From an uncultured Chloroflexia bacterium (GTDB lineage: Bacteria; Chloroflexota; Ktedonobacteria; Ktedonobacterales; JADMIN01), in the NCBI GenBank assembly GCA_963718915.1, contig CAVRAI010000013.1, positions 330,001 to 362,000 on the forward strand: a stretch of 32,000 nt of DNA, written 5' to 3'. Below, piece after piece: positions 1 to 8,474 of the stretch. Positions within the stretch are counted from its first letter, which is position 1; every line of letters starts with the position of its first letter. The position numbers and the translations under genes are program-made. The notes below the pieces were generated by a model. That model did not search any database and was not told the origin of the DNA. It was given only the letters and a program-made list of their open reading frames with translations.

Positions 1-683
1 GCATTTTGGACTACTGAGCCCGCGCGCAAATGGCTACTGCCGGCAAGTGTGATGTACTTCTGTCACGCGACTGTCACGGGCTGGTGCGCTGAAATCACAG
101 CCCCATCACAGACCAAATCTGGAGCATATGAGCAAACGAACCTGGAGGTTAGGAAGGCAAATCGCTCCGGTAAAACAGATGAAGAGAAAGGGTCTGGGCT
201 GCACTCTCAGAGGGATCGTACAAGCGTGATGGCGACGCAGCACACCAACGAAATGTCAATTGACGTATGGAACGGAAGTGAGCGCCGCTACGAGATGTTG
301 TGGTCACACGCAAGTCACAAAGCGCGCCTGAGATGTCACATCTTACTCACAGTGCGGTCGTTCAAATGCCCTGCGTGTTGGCAGGGAAGCCAGATAAATT
401 GGGCCACGAGCCGCATTCTTTGGAGCAGCGACTGCTCGCCTGGTCGTATCACAATCCTTTGTGAGTACGTTGATGTATGTGCTATTCTCCTGGCCAATGT
501 AAGGATGCAGCCAACACTGTTGAGGATCTCATCAGGTGAATTCTTGGAAGGGCGAATGTGCGATGGGAACACGAGTGGCGAAGAGAGGAGCACGACTTCT
601 TTACCTAATAGCCATATTCAGCCGCTCTTCTTATATCACTTGCCGCCTGTGGAGCGTCAGCGGACGCTAGCTCGGTATATGAC

Positions 684-1025
684 GTGGCCTCGCTTGCCGA
701 CCATTTACGCACAAAGGGAGCAATCGTAGAAATGGCGGGCACAATCAAACATCCCTTCCTGGCAGTGCCTGGCCAGATCATGACGGTCAATGGGAATGAC
801 ATCGAGGTCTATCAGTATGCGAGCCCCCAAGCGCTCGCCGCAGACACGCGCGATATCGATCCTGATGGGTGTATCGGCACTGTTGGCGGCGGCATGCTTG
901 ATCCGTGGACTGCGCCGCCCCACTTCTTCAAGAGCGAAAACGTGATGGTGATCTACCTGGGAAGCGACTCCAAGATGCTCCAACTGCTAACGAGTGTGAT
1001 GGGCAAGCAGTTCGCTGGTGAATGA
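684..1025 (+). CDS. Small secreted lipoprotein of unknown function; its signal peptide lies upstream in other frames, so the gene probably begins at 563
   Basis: ORF track 684..1025 with a GTG start. The same frame read upstream of 684 gives PYSAALLISLAACGASADASSVYD (hydrophobic core plus lipobox LAAC), back to stops at 606-611. An ATG at 563 in the adjacent frame gives MGTRVAKRGARLLYLIAIF, a basic n-region and the start of an h-region. The mature part (LADHLRTKGAIVE..VNGNDIEVYQY..PPHFFKSENVMVIYLG) looks like a compact conserved domain that I cannot name. Confidence 0.6.
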   Translation: MASLADHLRTKGAIVEMAGTIKHPFLAVPGQIMTVNGNDIEVYQYASPQALAADTRDIDPDGCIGTVGGGMLDPWTAPPHFFKSENVMVIYLGSDSKMLQLLTSVMGKQFAGE

Positions 1026-1414
1026 AGCATCCAGATGCTAGTGCGACACTGAGTGTGCTAGTCATCGGTTGAAGGATACGATTCCAATGAGATGGCTTCC
1101 CTACTTGTCTACCCGGCCTGAAAGTCACCGCCACTGCATCGAGAGCCGTTCGCCAATGCTGGTCGAGCTATGCCACCATGAGTTGCCGCGCGCAGGCTGC
1201 CAAAGATGCGTGCGGCGATCTACTGGAGCGCTTCGTTCGAGTGGCCCGCAGATGAGACGCCCGCGACACTTCATTGTACTGCCGAGACCACAACGGGTAA
1301 GCGCGCCGTGACATATCAACCCTCTCTTGTGAAGATTTTGTGATGCTTTCCCCATACGATATAAGTGCCTAATACGGGCGCATCACGAGGTACGACGCCT
1401 TTACATGACGCGGC

Positions 1415-1795
1415 ATGGTGCGACCGAGCACATCAAGGCCTACCATGATTGAGATTCCCCGCAAACAAGACTCGACAGAGATCCTTTTGCCGAACAAAGA
1501 AACCACTCCGGCGGATGGCATGCCGCAGGTACCTGTGACACGGATCTTCACAAGGCTCGTCAATGCCGCACGCCATTATCCGCTGCCGCTATCTGTGCTC
1601 GCCCTGCTTCTGATAAGTCTCATCGCCTGGCTGGTGGGGTGGCATAACGTGGCGCAATGGAGCCTGATCGCCATTATTCTGCTCGGCGGGATTCCATTAC
1701 TCTGGGCGACGTTACGGCAACTGGCGCACGGTGAGGTTGGGGTCGACGTCATTGCGATACTTGCGATTGGCGGCTCCCTTATGCGCGGCCGCTGA
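1415..1795 (+). pseudogene. Heavy-metal-translocating P-type ATPase, N-terminal fragment only (126 codons, first two TM helices)
   Basis: YPLPLSVLALLLISLIAWLVGW..WSLIAIILLGGIPLLWATLRQLAHGEVGVDVIAILAIGGSL matches the conserved N-terminal membrane region of P1B-type ATPases. The ORF stops where the LLGEY..GGEALE continuation is expected. No actuator, phosphorylation (DKTGT) or nucleotide-binding domain follows in any frame. Confidence 0.6.
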
Positions 1796-2157
1796 TGCTC
1801 ATTCGGGTCTTCACCCCGGTCTTCATCATTGGATCGGGCGTTGAGGCGATAAAAACCCGGCACGATGTTCAATACGCCGAGGAGGCCGAGGCGCACCGTT
1901 ACCTTACAGATACACGCCAGCGGTTGACGAGGGAAGGGAATGTCAGCGTCGAGACGGTGGAGTTGGTTGGTCCGGTGGCCGACCAGTTGATTCAGCTCGC
2001 CGCCTCGCATCATGGAAGTGTGCTCGTGATGGGCACTCACGGACGTAGCGGACTGGGGAGAGCTCTGGTTGGCAGCGTCGCGGCAGAGGTGATGAGTCGG
2101 GCGACGACACCGGTAGTGATCGTGCCGCCACATCCCACGGAGGCCGCAACGAAGTAA
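1795..2157 (+). CDS. Universal stress protein (UspA family), 5'-truncated; the first beta-strand and DGS motif are missing
   Basis: The C-terminal USP signature VLVMGTHGRSGLGRALVGSVAAEVMSRATTPVVIV is present. The N-terminal ILVPLDGS-type motif is absent in all three frames upstream. The ATG overlaps the TGA of the ATPase fragment (TGATG). Confidence 0.6.
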   Translation: MLIRVFTPVFIIGSGVEAIKTRHDVQYAEEAEAHRYLTDTRQRLTREGNVSVETVELVGPVADQLIQLAASHHGSVLVMGTHGRSGLGRALVGSVAAEVMSRATTPVVIVPPHPTEAATK

Positions 2158-2184
2158 GAGCACGACCCAGAAAGAATCATCGCA

Positions 2185-2215
2185 CGAGGCTGGTCATCTG
2201 GATGTGCCAGCCTCG
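2185..2215. terminator. Perfect 9-bp GC-rich hairpin between convergent genes; candidate bidirectional terminator
   Basis: CGAGGCTGG (2185-2193), a 13-nt loop, then CCAGCCTCG (2207-2215). It sits between the stop at 2157 (+) and the stop at 2241 (-). Neither side has a clean U-tract. Confidence 0.4.
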
Positions 2216-2240
2216 CAGTATGTTGCCCAAGCTAACTGAC

Positions 2241-3242
2241 CTATCGATGCAACTCAGCCTCAACCCTGGCCTCCGCGCCCTGGAGACCATTCTCGATGGC
2301 GTCTGGTGAGCGAGCGATGATGAGTGGCAGATGCGTCGTGTGGAGCACGCGTTCAGTGATGCTGCCCAGCGCCCAGCGTTGCAGTCCGCCAAGCCCATGA
2401 GTTGCCATCGCGATGAAGTCGTAGCCAGGGCTTTCTTCGGCTACATTGATGATAGTATCCGCGACATCCGCTGCCAGCATGGCTGTGGGGATGACCGTAA
2501 CACCTGGATGCTCTTCGCGGATGCGCTGGGCTACTACCTCAAGATAGTCGCGGGCCGTCTGAAGCGCCTGGTCTTCTGCTCCAATGATAGGCGAGGACGG
2601 AGGATCTCGATCTGTTGTGTCGCCCATCACCGCCGCGACGAAGTCTACCACCTCAAGCAGATGGACTGTGATATGGTCTGGCGCCGCCAGCGCACGCACG
2701 ACATCCAGCCCTGGCGCAATCGCCGCCTCTGCCAGCTCAGAGCCGTCGAGTGGTATCAGGAGTCGAACATGATCACCTGCTAATCGGTTTGATCCCGGTT
2801 CATCGTGCGTCGGCACAATCAATACCGGCACAGGCGCATGACGAGCGACGTGGGTAACGACTCTCCCGAGGCGCCAGCGGTTCAACCCGCTGTAGCCATG
2901 CGTGCAGATGACAATCATATCGCACTTCTCATCGCGCGCGACATCCAGAATATCCTCGCTGACATGACCTTCGACGACGCGCGTTTCAACCTTGATATCC
3001 TTGAACTCAGGACGAAGCGCAAGACTCTTCACATATTCAGTAGCCTCGTCCCGTGCAACGTCGATGACTGCTAGCGCTATCTGCGCAGGCTCCCCATAGC
3101 GAGCCAGACGGAATGGCGGTAGCCCCACCACACGCAACGCAAGGACGCGGCATCCCGATCCACGTGCAAGGTGGGCGGCCACATACATAGCACGCTCAGC
3201 ACGGTCCGACCCGTCGAGCGGTACGAGAATTCGCTGCAGCAT
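2241..3242 (-). CDS. Tandem-domain universal stress protein
   Basis: 333 aa. It has two USP domains, each with an ILVPLDGS-type start (MLQRILVPLDGSDRAE; VRLLIPLDGSELAE) and a G-x2-G-x9-G(S/T) ATP-binding motif (CTHGYSGLNRWRLGRV; ATHGLGGLQRWALGSITERV). A GGAGG SD lies 7 nt upstream of the ATG. Confidence 0.9.
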   Translation of the reverse strand: MLQRILVPLDGSDRAERAMYVAAHLARGSGCRVLALRVVGLPPFRLARYGEPAQIALAVIDVARDEATEYVKSLALRPEFKDIKVETRVVEGHVSEDILDVARDEKCDMIVICTHGYSGLNRWRLGRVVTHVARHAPVPVLIVPTHDEPGSNRLAGDHVRLLIPLDGSELAEAAIAPGLDVVRALAAPDHITVHLLEVVDFVAAVMGDTTDRDPPSSPIIGAEDQALQTARDYLEVVAQRIREEHPGVTVIPTAMLAADVADTIINVAEESPGYDFIAMATHGLGGLQRWALGSITERVLHTTHLPLIIARSPDAIENGLQGAEARVEAELHR

Positions 3243-3297
3243 GTCATGCCCTCCAGAAACACTGTTAGTGACGCATGAAGCGGGTGTATCGGCAGAT

Positions 3298-3810
3298 TTA
3301 TGGAATAGGCGCTGTTTTGGTCAGTGGCAATTGGTGAGCGATGCTCGTGGCCCAGGTGTCAATCTCTGTCCAATCGCGAAAATCCCCCTCAGGCGCGTGT
3401 ACCGCTTTCGTCACCGTCCGCTCCAGAAGCGAGAGATTGCTACGGTCAATGGCGCCGAAGAAGACGCGATGGCCTTGCGGGTGGATGGACCTTTGGAACT
3501 CGTCTATCTCTTTCGGCTGGCTCGTCTTCTCGTTTGCCTCGGAACCAAGAGGGCCGTCACTGAACAGCCATACCTGGCGCTCGGCCAGTGCTTCTCGATG
3601 GCGTCGTACATAGTCTGCCGCCCCCTTAAGCCATGAGCCATAGTAGACGGCGCTCCCGATAACAACTGCCTCATAGCCCAGGGGATTTACATCCGCGCTG
3701 ATCGGCTGGAGATCCACAGCCCTTCCGAGGAGCTTGAGCCTCTGAGCAATGCGCTCGGCAATGCCCTGTGTTGCCCCGTGTTTGCTCGCGTAAGTGATCA
3801 AGACAGCCAT
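3298..3810 (-). CDS. Flavodoxin-domain protein (HemG-like flavodoxin family)
   Basis: 170 aa. The N-terminus MAVLITYASKHGATQGIAERIA is a typical flavodoxin FMN-binding loop, followed by YEAVVIGSAVYYGSW. A GGAGA SD is present. The gene sits 55 nt upstream of the tandem USP on the same strand, so they are probably co-transcribed. Confidence 0.85.
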   Translation of the reverse strand: MAVLITYASKHGATQGIAERIAQRLKLLGRAVDLQPISADVNPLGYEAVVIGSAVYYGSWLKGAADYVRRHREALAERQVWLFSDGPLGSEANEKTSQPKEIDEFQRSIHPQGHRVFFGAIDRSNLSLLERTVTKAVHAPEGDFRDWTEIDTWATSIAHQLPLTKTAPIP

Positions 3811-4148
3811 GTGAGTCTCCTTCTAATAACTTTGTTCAGGCATGGCATCAGCCATTATGGTTATTTCCCTCCATCGCATCCATCGTACTCCCTCGGATAC
3901 ACAAATCCATCACGAGTCGTGTACTTGAAATCACAACGATGGCCCGATGCCTCCTTCGGGAACTCAGATGCCTGATGTGAGATTACTCGGTACTCAGCCT
4001 CTTTTGTGCCGCGAGAGTGACTTCATCTGGCGGGTATGTGTCGTGTTTGAGATGGGACGCATCTAGAGTAGAGATTGCCGGGGCCATGCCTGCAGAACTT
4101 TGGCGCTGCCAGGCAGCGGCCACTGGCTCATGAAAGTGAGGATGCCCC

Positions 4149-4829
4149 ATGACCATGTTGACGCCAGGGATCCGAAGCGACGCGGACATCCAACAGGATG
4201 TGCTGGAAGAATTGAGCTGGGACAAGCATATCAACGTGAGTGATATTGGCGTGTGCGTCAAGGAAGGTGTTGTGACACTTACTGGCCTCGTCGAGGACTA
4301 TCTGGTGCGCTTGGCTGCCCAGAATGCCGCATTGCGGGTCAAAGGAGTGCATGCCGTCGCCAACGATATTGAGGTGCGTCTGCACACCAGCGCCGAGCGA
4401 ACCGATAGCGATCTGGCGCTTGCCGCGCTCTATGCCCTGAAATGGGATGCTACCATCCAGACCGACAAACTTGATGTCACGATCTCGCATGGATACGTGA
4501 CGCTCAAAGGTGAGGTCGAATGGCCGTTCCAGCGTGAGGCCGCGGAGCGCGCCATTCGTCGACTGGCGGGTATCAAAGGCGTGACCAACTGGATAACGGT
4601 TGTCGTCCATGCGATACCAGGCGACATCAAGCAGAAGATTGAAAAGGCACTGATACTCAATGCCGAAAGCGATGCCCAGCGCATTACAGTCGAGATACAC
4701 GGGCACACCGCATCCCTGAAAGGCCAGGTACGCTCCTTCGCCGAGAAGTTGGCGGCTGGGCAAACCGCTTTATCAGCGCCAGGGATTGCCACAGTCAACA
4801 ATGAGATCAAGATTGTCTACGAGGGCTGA
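4149..4829 (+). CDS. BON-domain protein (OsmY-like, three BON repeats)
   Basis: 226 aa with three repeats of the BON pattern (V..GVVTLTG.V......A...A..V.GV..V.N.I.V): VKEGVVTLTGLV..VKGVHAVANDIEV; ISHGYVTLKGEV..IKGVTNWITV; IHGHTASLKGQV..PGIATVNNEIKI. A GAGGA SD lies 6 nt upstream. Confidence 0.9.
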   Translation: MTMLTPGIRSDADIQQDVLEELSWDKHINVSDIGVCVKEGVVTLTGLVEDYLVRLAAQNAALRVKGVHAVANDIEVRLHTSAERTDSDLALAALYALKWDATIQTDKLDVTISHGYVTLKGEVEWPFQREAAERAIRRLAGIKGVTNWITVVVHAIPGDIKQKIEKALILNAESDAQRITVEIHGHTASLKGQVRSFAEKLAAGQTALSAPGIATVNNEIKIVYEG

Positions 4830-4857
4830 TCGCTCGCCACTGATGGAGGTGGTTGCT

Positions 4858-5268
4858 ATGACACTTGATACGCTTCCGGCCACAACGGATCAGTTGCTGC
4901 GTGATCGCATTGATGTCCTGGTGAACGAGCGGCTGGAGCAACTCGTCACTGAACGAGTCACTGCGGCGCTGACGAAAGATCCGGCCAAAAACAAAGTGGC
5001 GATCATCGCGTCCAAAGGCACGCTCGATATGGCGTATCCTCCGCTCATTCTGGCGTCGGCTGCCGCTGCGATGGGCGAAGAGGTAGAGATCTTCTTCACG
5101 TTCTATGGCCTGGATATCGTCAAAAAGGGAGGCGCGGCGCATCTCAAAGTGGCCCCCATTGCCAATCCGGCTATGCCGATGCCAACAGCTCGGCAACGCT
5201 GCCTGAGACGGCGATCTCCAGCCCCGCGCTGGCCTACAACGGCAGAGGCGATACTGGCGAAGTGCTGA
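4858..5268 (+). pseudogene. DsrE/DsrF-like sulfur-relay family protein, C-terminally truncated; family similarity ends near 5183
   Basis: A GGAGGTGG SD lies 5 nt before the ATG at 4858. KVAIIASKGTLDMAYPPLILASAAAAMGEEVEIFFTFYGLDIVKKG..LKVAPIANPAMPMP matches the DsrE/F-like family core. After PMP the frame reads Arg-rich TARQRCLRRRSPAPRW, and no frame continues the expected ..LPGM..MMK.. segment. Confidence 0.6.
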
Positions 5269-5336
5269 TTACGTGGACCGGCGCCGATTACTACCATCAC
5301 CTGAACGTCGCCATCGTCAACTTGGCGAGCCACTAG
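5187..5336 (+). pseudogene. C-terminal remnant of a repeat protein (LAxNG..TWTGxD..HLNV-type repeat), no start codon
   Basis: A frame not listed in the ORF track reads ..AISSPALAYNGRGDTGEVLITWTGADYYHHLNVAIVNLASH, with its stop at 5334-5336. The motif resembles repeats of the form PALA..NG.L.(I/L)AWTGTD...HLNV that I recall from large secreted repeat proteins. It directly abuts the truncated DsrE-like gene. Confidence 0.3.
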
Positions 5337-5572
5337 AGGCTGTTTTAGACTCACCGTTGATTGGCGTGAGATACCTAGGAATTCAAGATTGGAAGAACAG
5401 TAGAACGTCAGAAGAGGCCCGAATATCACAACCGCGTGGTAATACTGGCGGGCCTCACCACATCTCTCCCCTAATTCCACGGCGTGCTACGGCAGCCACC
5501 GTCAAGCCTTTAACACGCTCTGGGATCCTTCTGCTTACCTGCACCGTACAGGCTGCATGTATGCGTTCGCCC

Positions 5573-6826
5573 TCACAGCTCGTTTTCGCTGCTCACCGAA
5601 CGATCAGCCAGTTCAGCCATCGCTGCCTGTTGAGACTCCTCGATAGTCGCGCGACGGAGCAGCAACATGGCTGTGAAGGGAAAGATCAGGATCGAGAGGA
5701 GAGACGCTGCCGTGAGCGCGGCACTGGTCGCCGCCGAGATGAGATTAAGTGCGACGCCAATCTGGACAGCGGCAAGGATGAAGGTCAGCGAGGTCGCCTG
5801 CAGAAAGCCCGCGGCATAGGCGCGCGTGTTGCCCAGCAGCGGACGGAAAAGCAGGGCAGGCACAGCGTGGACGACGAGCAGCGCCAGCAGAAAGAGCGGC
5901 ACCAGCACAAGCGCGCGAGTGCTCGACGTCAGCGCGGGCAGATCAAATTGCAAGCCAATTGTCACGAAGAAGACTGGGATAAAGACGCCGAATCCTATCG
6001 CGTCGAGTTTCATACGAAACTGAGGATGGCGCGTCGACTCATCGGGATCGAGAATGCGGATCACGACGCCTGCGATAAAGGCGCCGAGAATCGTCGAGAG
6101 TCCTAAACCTTCTACGGCCAGCGCGACAAACGCCGCCAGCAGCGTCCAGGCGCCCCGCACGCGTATCTGCGCTGTCGAGTCGCTGAGCCGAACCAGCAGC
6201 GCCGAGAGCGTTTTCGACCGCTCTGCCCGCAACACCACTGCGCTGACGCCGATGGCGAGGGGCACAAAACAGCCAAGGAAGAACAGGTGCACGGGAGTGC
6301 TCACTACGACGCTGGAAAACAGTACTGTCAGCAGAAGTAGCGAGCCAAACTCGGCGAGCGTTGCCGAAAGGATGGATACCTGGCCAAACGGTGTATCCAC
6401 CTCGCCAGCGCCCTTGAGCGGCGGAAGGATCACTCCCAGGGATGTCGCCACCAGAATATTCGAGAAGAACAGCGGTGTCCTGACGAGACCGGTGACACCG
6501 AAGAGAAAGCCAACAAGCAACGCCAGTGCAGCCGTGCCGCCGAAGCAGAGGAGCGCCAGGCGGAATAGTGGGCCGCGAAACCGCGTGGTATCGACCTCCA
6601 TACCGGCAAGAAAGAGCAGGAACCCCAGGCCGATGAGAGAGAAGATTTGTACAGGCTCATCCGCGGTCACCCACCCCAACCCGTAGGGTCCGATGATAAT
6701 GCCAGCCAGCACCTCAAATACCACCGCGGGAAGCAAGCGCAGGCGCAGCAGGTCGAGCGCGAGCGGCACGGCGAATGCAACGGCTGCGATAATCTCAAGC
6801 CCGGTGAACGTGGCCGGTGTCACCAT
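5573..6826 (-). CDS. Cation:proton antiporter (CPA2 / Na_H_Exchanger family)
   Basis: I place the start at the internal ATG 6826 (MVTPATFTGLEIIAAV..), which has an AAGGAG SD 6 nt upstream. The 105 upstream codons of the track ORF are non-protein-like. The product is 417 aa and polytopic, with the typical motifs VVFEVLAGIIIGPYGLGWV and LLFLAGMEVD. Confidence 0.9.
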   Translation of the reverse strand: MVTPATFTGLEIIAAVAFAVPLALDLLRLRLLPAVVFEVLAGIIIGPYGLGWVTADEPVQIFSLIGLGFLLFLAGMEVDTTRFRGPLFRLALLCFGGTAALALLVGFLFGVTGLVRTPLFFSNILVATSLGVILPPLKGAGEVDTPFGQVSILSATLAEFGSLLLLTVLFSSVVVSTPVHLFFLGCFVPLAIGVSAVVLRAERSKTLSALLVRLSDSTAQIRVRGAWTLLAAFVALAVEGLGLSTILGAFIAGVVIRILDPDESTRHPQFRMKLDAIGFGVFIPVFFVTIGLQFDLPALTSSTRALVLVPLFLLALLVVHAVPALLFRPLLGNTRAYAAGFLQATSLTFILAAVQIGVALNLISAATSAALTAASLLSILIFPFTAMLLLRRATIEESQQAAMAELADRSVSSENEL

Positions 6827-7283
6827 GGCGGACTCCTTTGAAGACGACAGGAAGACGCGGTCTCGTGACAAGGACGCTCTTGTTGGAATATCCAGACGAC
6901 CAGGCTCTACGCGACACATGCACAGAAATAGCGAAGCAGGACATAGCCCGTGCCATGCGACCCAGATTAGGACTTGCATGTTTTCAGGCGCTTGCGTTTG
7001 CACGTGCTGTGCCTGGTGGATAACAAAGCATGATAATTTGTCCGAACGTATACCACGAGCGATGAAAAGTAGCTGAGCGACTGCTTGAAAAGAGGCTGAA
7101 GCACAACTTGAATGTCCGAAGGCTATCCGATGCCGGTACAATACTCGTGGATTCCCGCGAATTCGATGGCTGTTCGCCCCAGATGCCCACGTTATCGTTT
7201 ACCCAATTCGCCAATGCATGAAGAATAAGCTGGCAGATAACCGATTGAGATTGATGATGTTGTAAAGAATTGGAGAGCTCACT

Positions 7284-8039
7284 ATGACATCTGACGATCC
7301 GGCGCAGGATATCTGGTCACGGTTGCGTGACTATTGCCAGCACGACCACGCTCTGAAATGCCCGCCCCTGACGGATGAGCAGGCGCTCGACCTGGAACAG
7401 CATGGCATCTACATACCACCCGAGGAGCGTTACCACTTCACCAGCACTGGCCATGGGTTCAGGGAACGGCCAGAGATTATATGCTATCCCCCAGCAACAG
7501 AGGAACAGTTGCGTGCCACGGAAGAGCGGCTCGGCTTCCCATTGCCTCAGGATCTGCGTGGTCTTTATGCTGAGGTTGCCAATGGCGGCCTCAATTTAGG
7601 TTCGTCATACGTCTTTCATGGCGCCATTGGCGGTTGCTGTCAGAGCGCGCCATACAGAAAAGATGGCCCTACCATCGAGCAGCTCGTAAGTGACAGCGAC
7701 CGGCGATTGCACCCACGCATCGAAGAAGCCCTTTTCCGCCATCCCGGCAACTATGTGATCGCCGATTCCACGCCTGAAGGCTTCATCTTTCTCGCGGATA
7801 CTGGATGCAGCACCGGGCTCGAAATGGATGGCGCAACTGGACAACTCTACCTGATCGATTGTTGGGATGCGGCGCCTGACTCACAAGGAGACGACTCAGA
7901 ACGCAGATACCTTCTCACCATCGAGGCGTTGGCGCCTTCGCTGAGCGTGTGGTTCGAGCGTTGGCTCGACCACAGGTCGTACGGCCGCAGAGTCACGCCG
8001 AACTGTTCTCGAGATGGTAGAGACGGACGACCTGCCTGA
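7284..8039 (+). CDS. SMI1/KNR4 family (SUKH-1) protein, immunity-protein-like
   Basis: 251 aa. The core ATEEQLRATEERLGFPLPQDLRGLYAEVANGG is the hallmark SMI1_KNR4 motif (E..LG..LP.D...L....NGG). A GGAGAG SD lies upstream of the ATG at 7284. The Arg-rich last ~20 aa may not be native. Confidence 0.85.
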   Translation: MTSDDPAQDIWSRLRDYCQHDHALKCPPLTDEQALDLEQHGIYIPPEERYHFTSTGHGFRERPEIICYPPATEEQLRATEERLGFPLPQDLRGLYAEVANGGLNLGSSYVFHGAIGGCCQSAPYRKDGPTIEQLVSDSDRRLHPRIEEALFRHPGNYVIADSTPEGFIFLADTGCSTGLEMDGATGQLYLIDCWDAAPDSQGDDSERRYLLTIEALAPSLSVWFERWLDHRSYGRRVTPNCSRDGRDGRPA

Positions 8040-8351
8040 CTCTGATGAAGTTTGGCGCGGTCTGTATCGCTTTGGCCCAAATTGGCATGTTTGGGAACAG
8101 CCACCTGAGGATACCGACCTTGCGCACGATGCAGAGCATGCGATTTATTGGACGTATATTGAGGATGCATAACGGAGGAGAATGCGTACCATGGCGGCTC
8201 CGAGAGCGAACCGCCTGATGACTGGTTTGTCGAATGGCCATGAGCAAGCGACACAGCGTATCGCATGACTGCGCGTCAAATTGAGACGGGGATCGAAGCT
8301 GATTTTACGCAATCGCGGGACGACGAGGAACCTGAGGAGATTCGGACGTAG
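8014..8351 (+). pseudogene. Decayed small acidic ORF with one frameshift and one in-frame TGA
   Basis: Positions 8014-8172 encode MVETDDLPDSDEVWRGLYRFGPNWHVWEQPPEDTDLAHDAEHAIYWTYIEDA. The next frame continues ..EENAYHGGSESEPPDDWFVEWP, then a TGA at 8241, then ASDTAYRMTARQIETGIEADFTQSRDDEEPEEIRT, with the stop at 8349-8351. The composition is protein-like across the breaks. No family was recognised. Confidence 0.3.
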
Positions 8352-8474
8352 ACGTCGCGCGCCAGAGCGGCTGTGGCGCGCTCATACTCAGGAAATGCGC
8401 CAGGCGCACAGCCCACGAAGGAACTCCGTGAACTATGCGCCTGGGCGAGAACGTTTAGCGGTATGACGCGGCGG

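Noticed and set aside
1-729. Reading frame +1 is open from the window edge to 729 (243 codons; track ORF 49..729).
   Set aside because: The translation is Cys/Trp/His/Arg-rich with no recognisable motif, and the region has lower GC than the confident genes. The ORF would also overlap the lipoprotein start region by about 170 nt. I could not find a convincing gene in any of the six frames of 1-560 and leave it unassigned. BLASTX or an Rfam scan would settle whether it is a relic or an RNA.
1785-1792. A NotI-type GCGGCCGC octamer lies exactly at the ATPase/USP junction, which might suggest an engineered join.
   Set aside because: GC-rich octamers occur by chance in about 60% GC DNA. There is no vector, marker or scar sequence around it. 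I note it only as a coordinate aid.
5414-5456. An 8-bp GC stem (GAGGCCCG/CGGGCCTC) downstream of the antiporter.
   Set aside because: The loop is 27 nt and there is no clear U-tract on either strand, so it is not a convincing intrinsic terminator.
6827-7283. A 457-bp non-coding gap between the antiporter and the SUKH gene, which might hold a riboswitch or sRNA (ion-responsive leaders are known for cation transporters).
   Set aside because: I could not identify conserved riboswitch cores, convincing promoters or stable stems by eye. A covariance-model scan is needed before making any claim.
8357-8381. A GCGCGCCA/TGGCGCGC 8-bp hairpin about 95 nt downstream of the nrdJ stop.
   Set aside because: No U-tract follows on either strand, and it lies inside or next to the decayed acidic ORF. 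It could be a terminator, but the support is insufficient.
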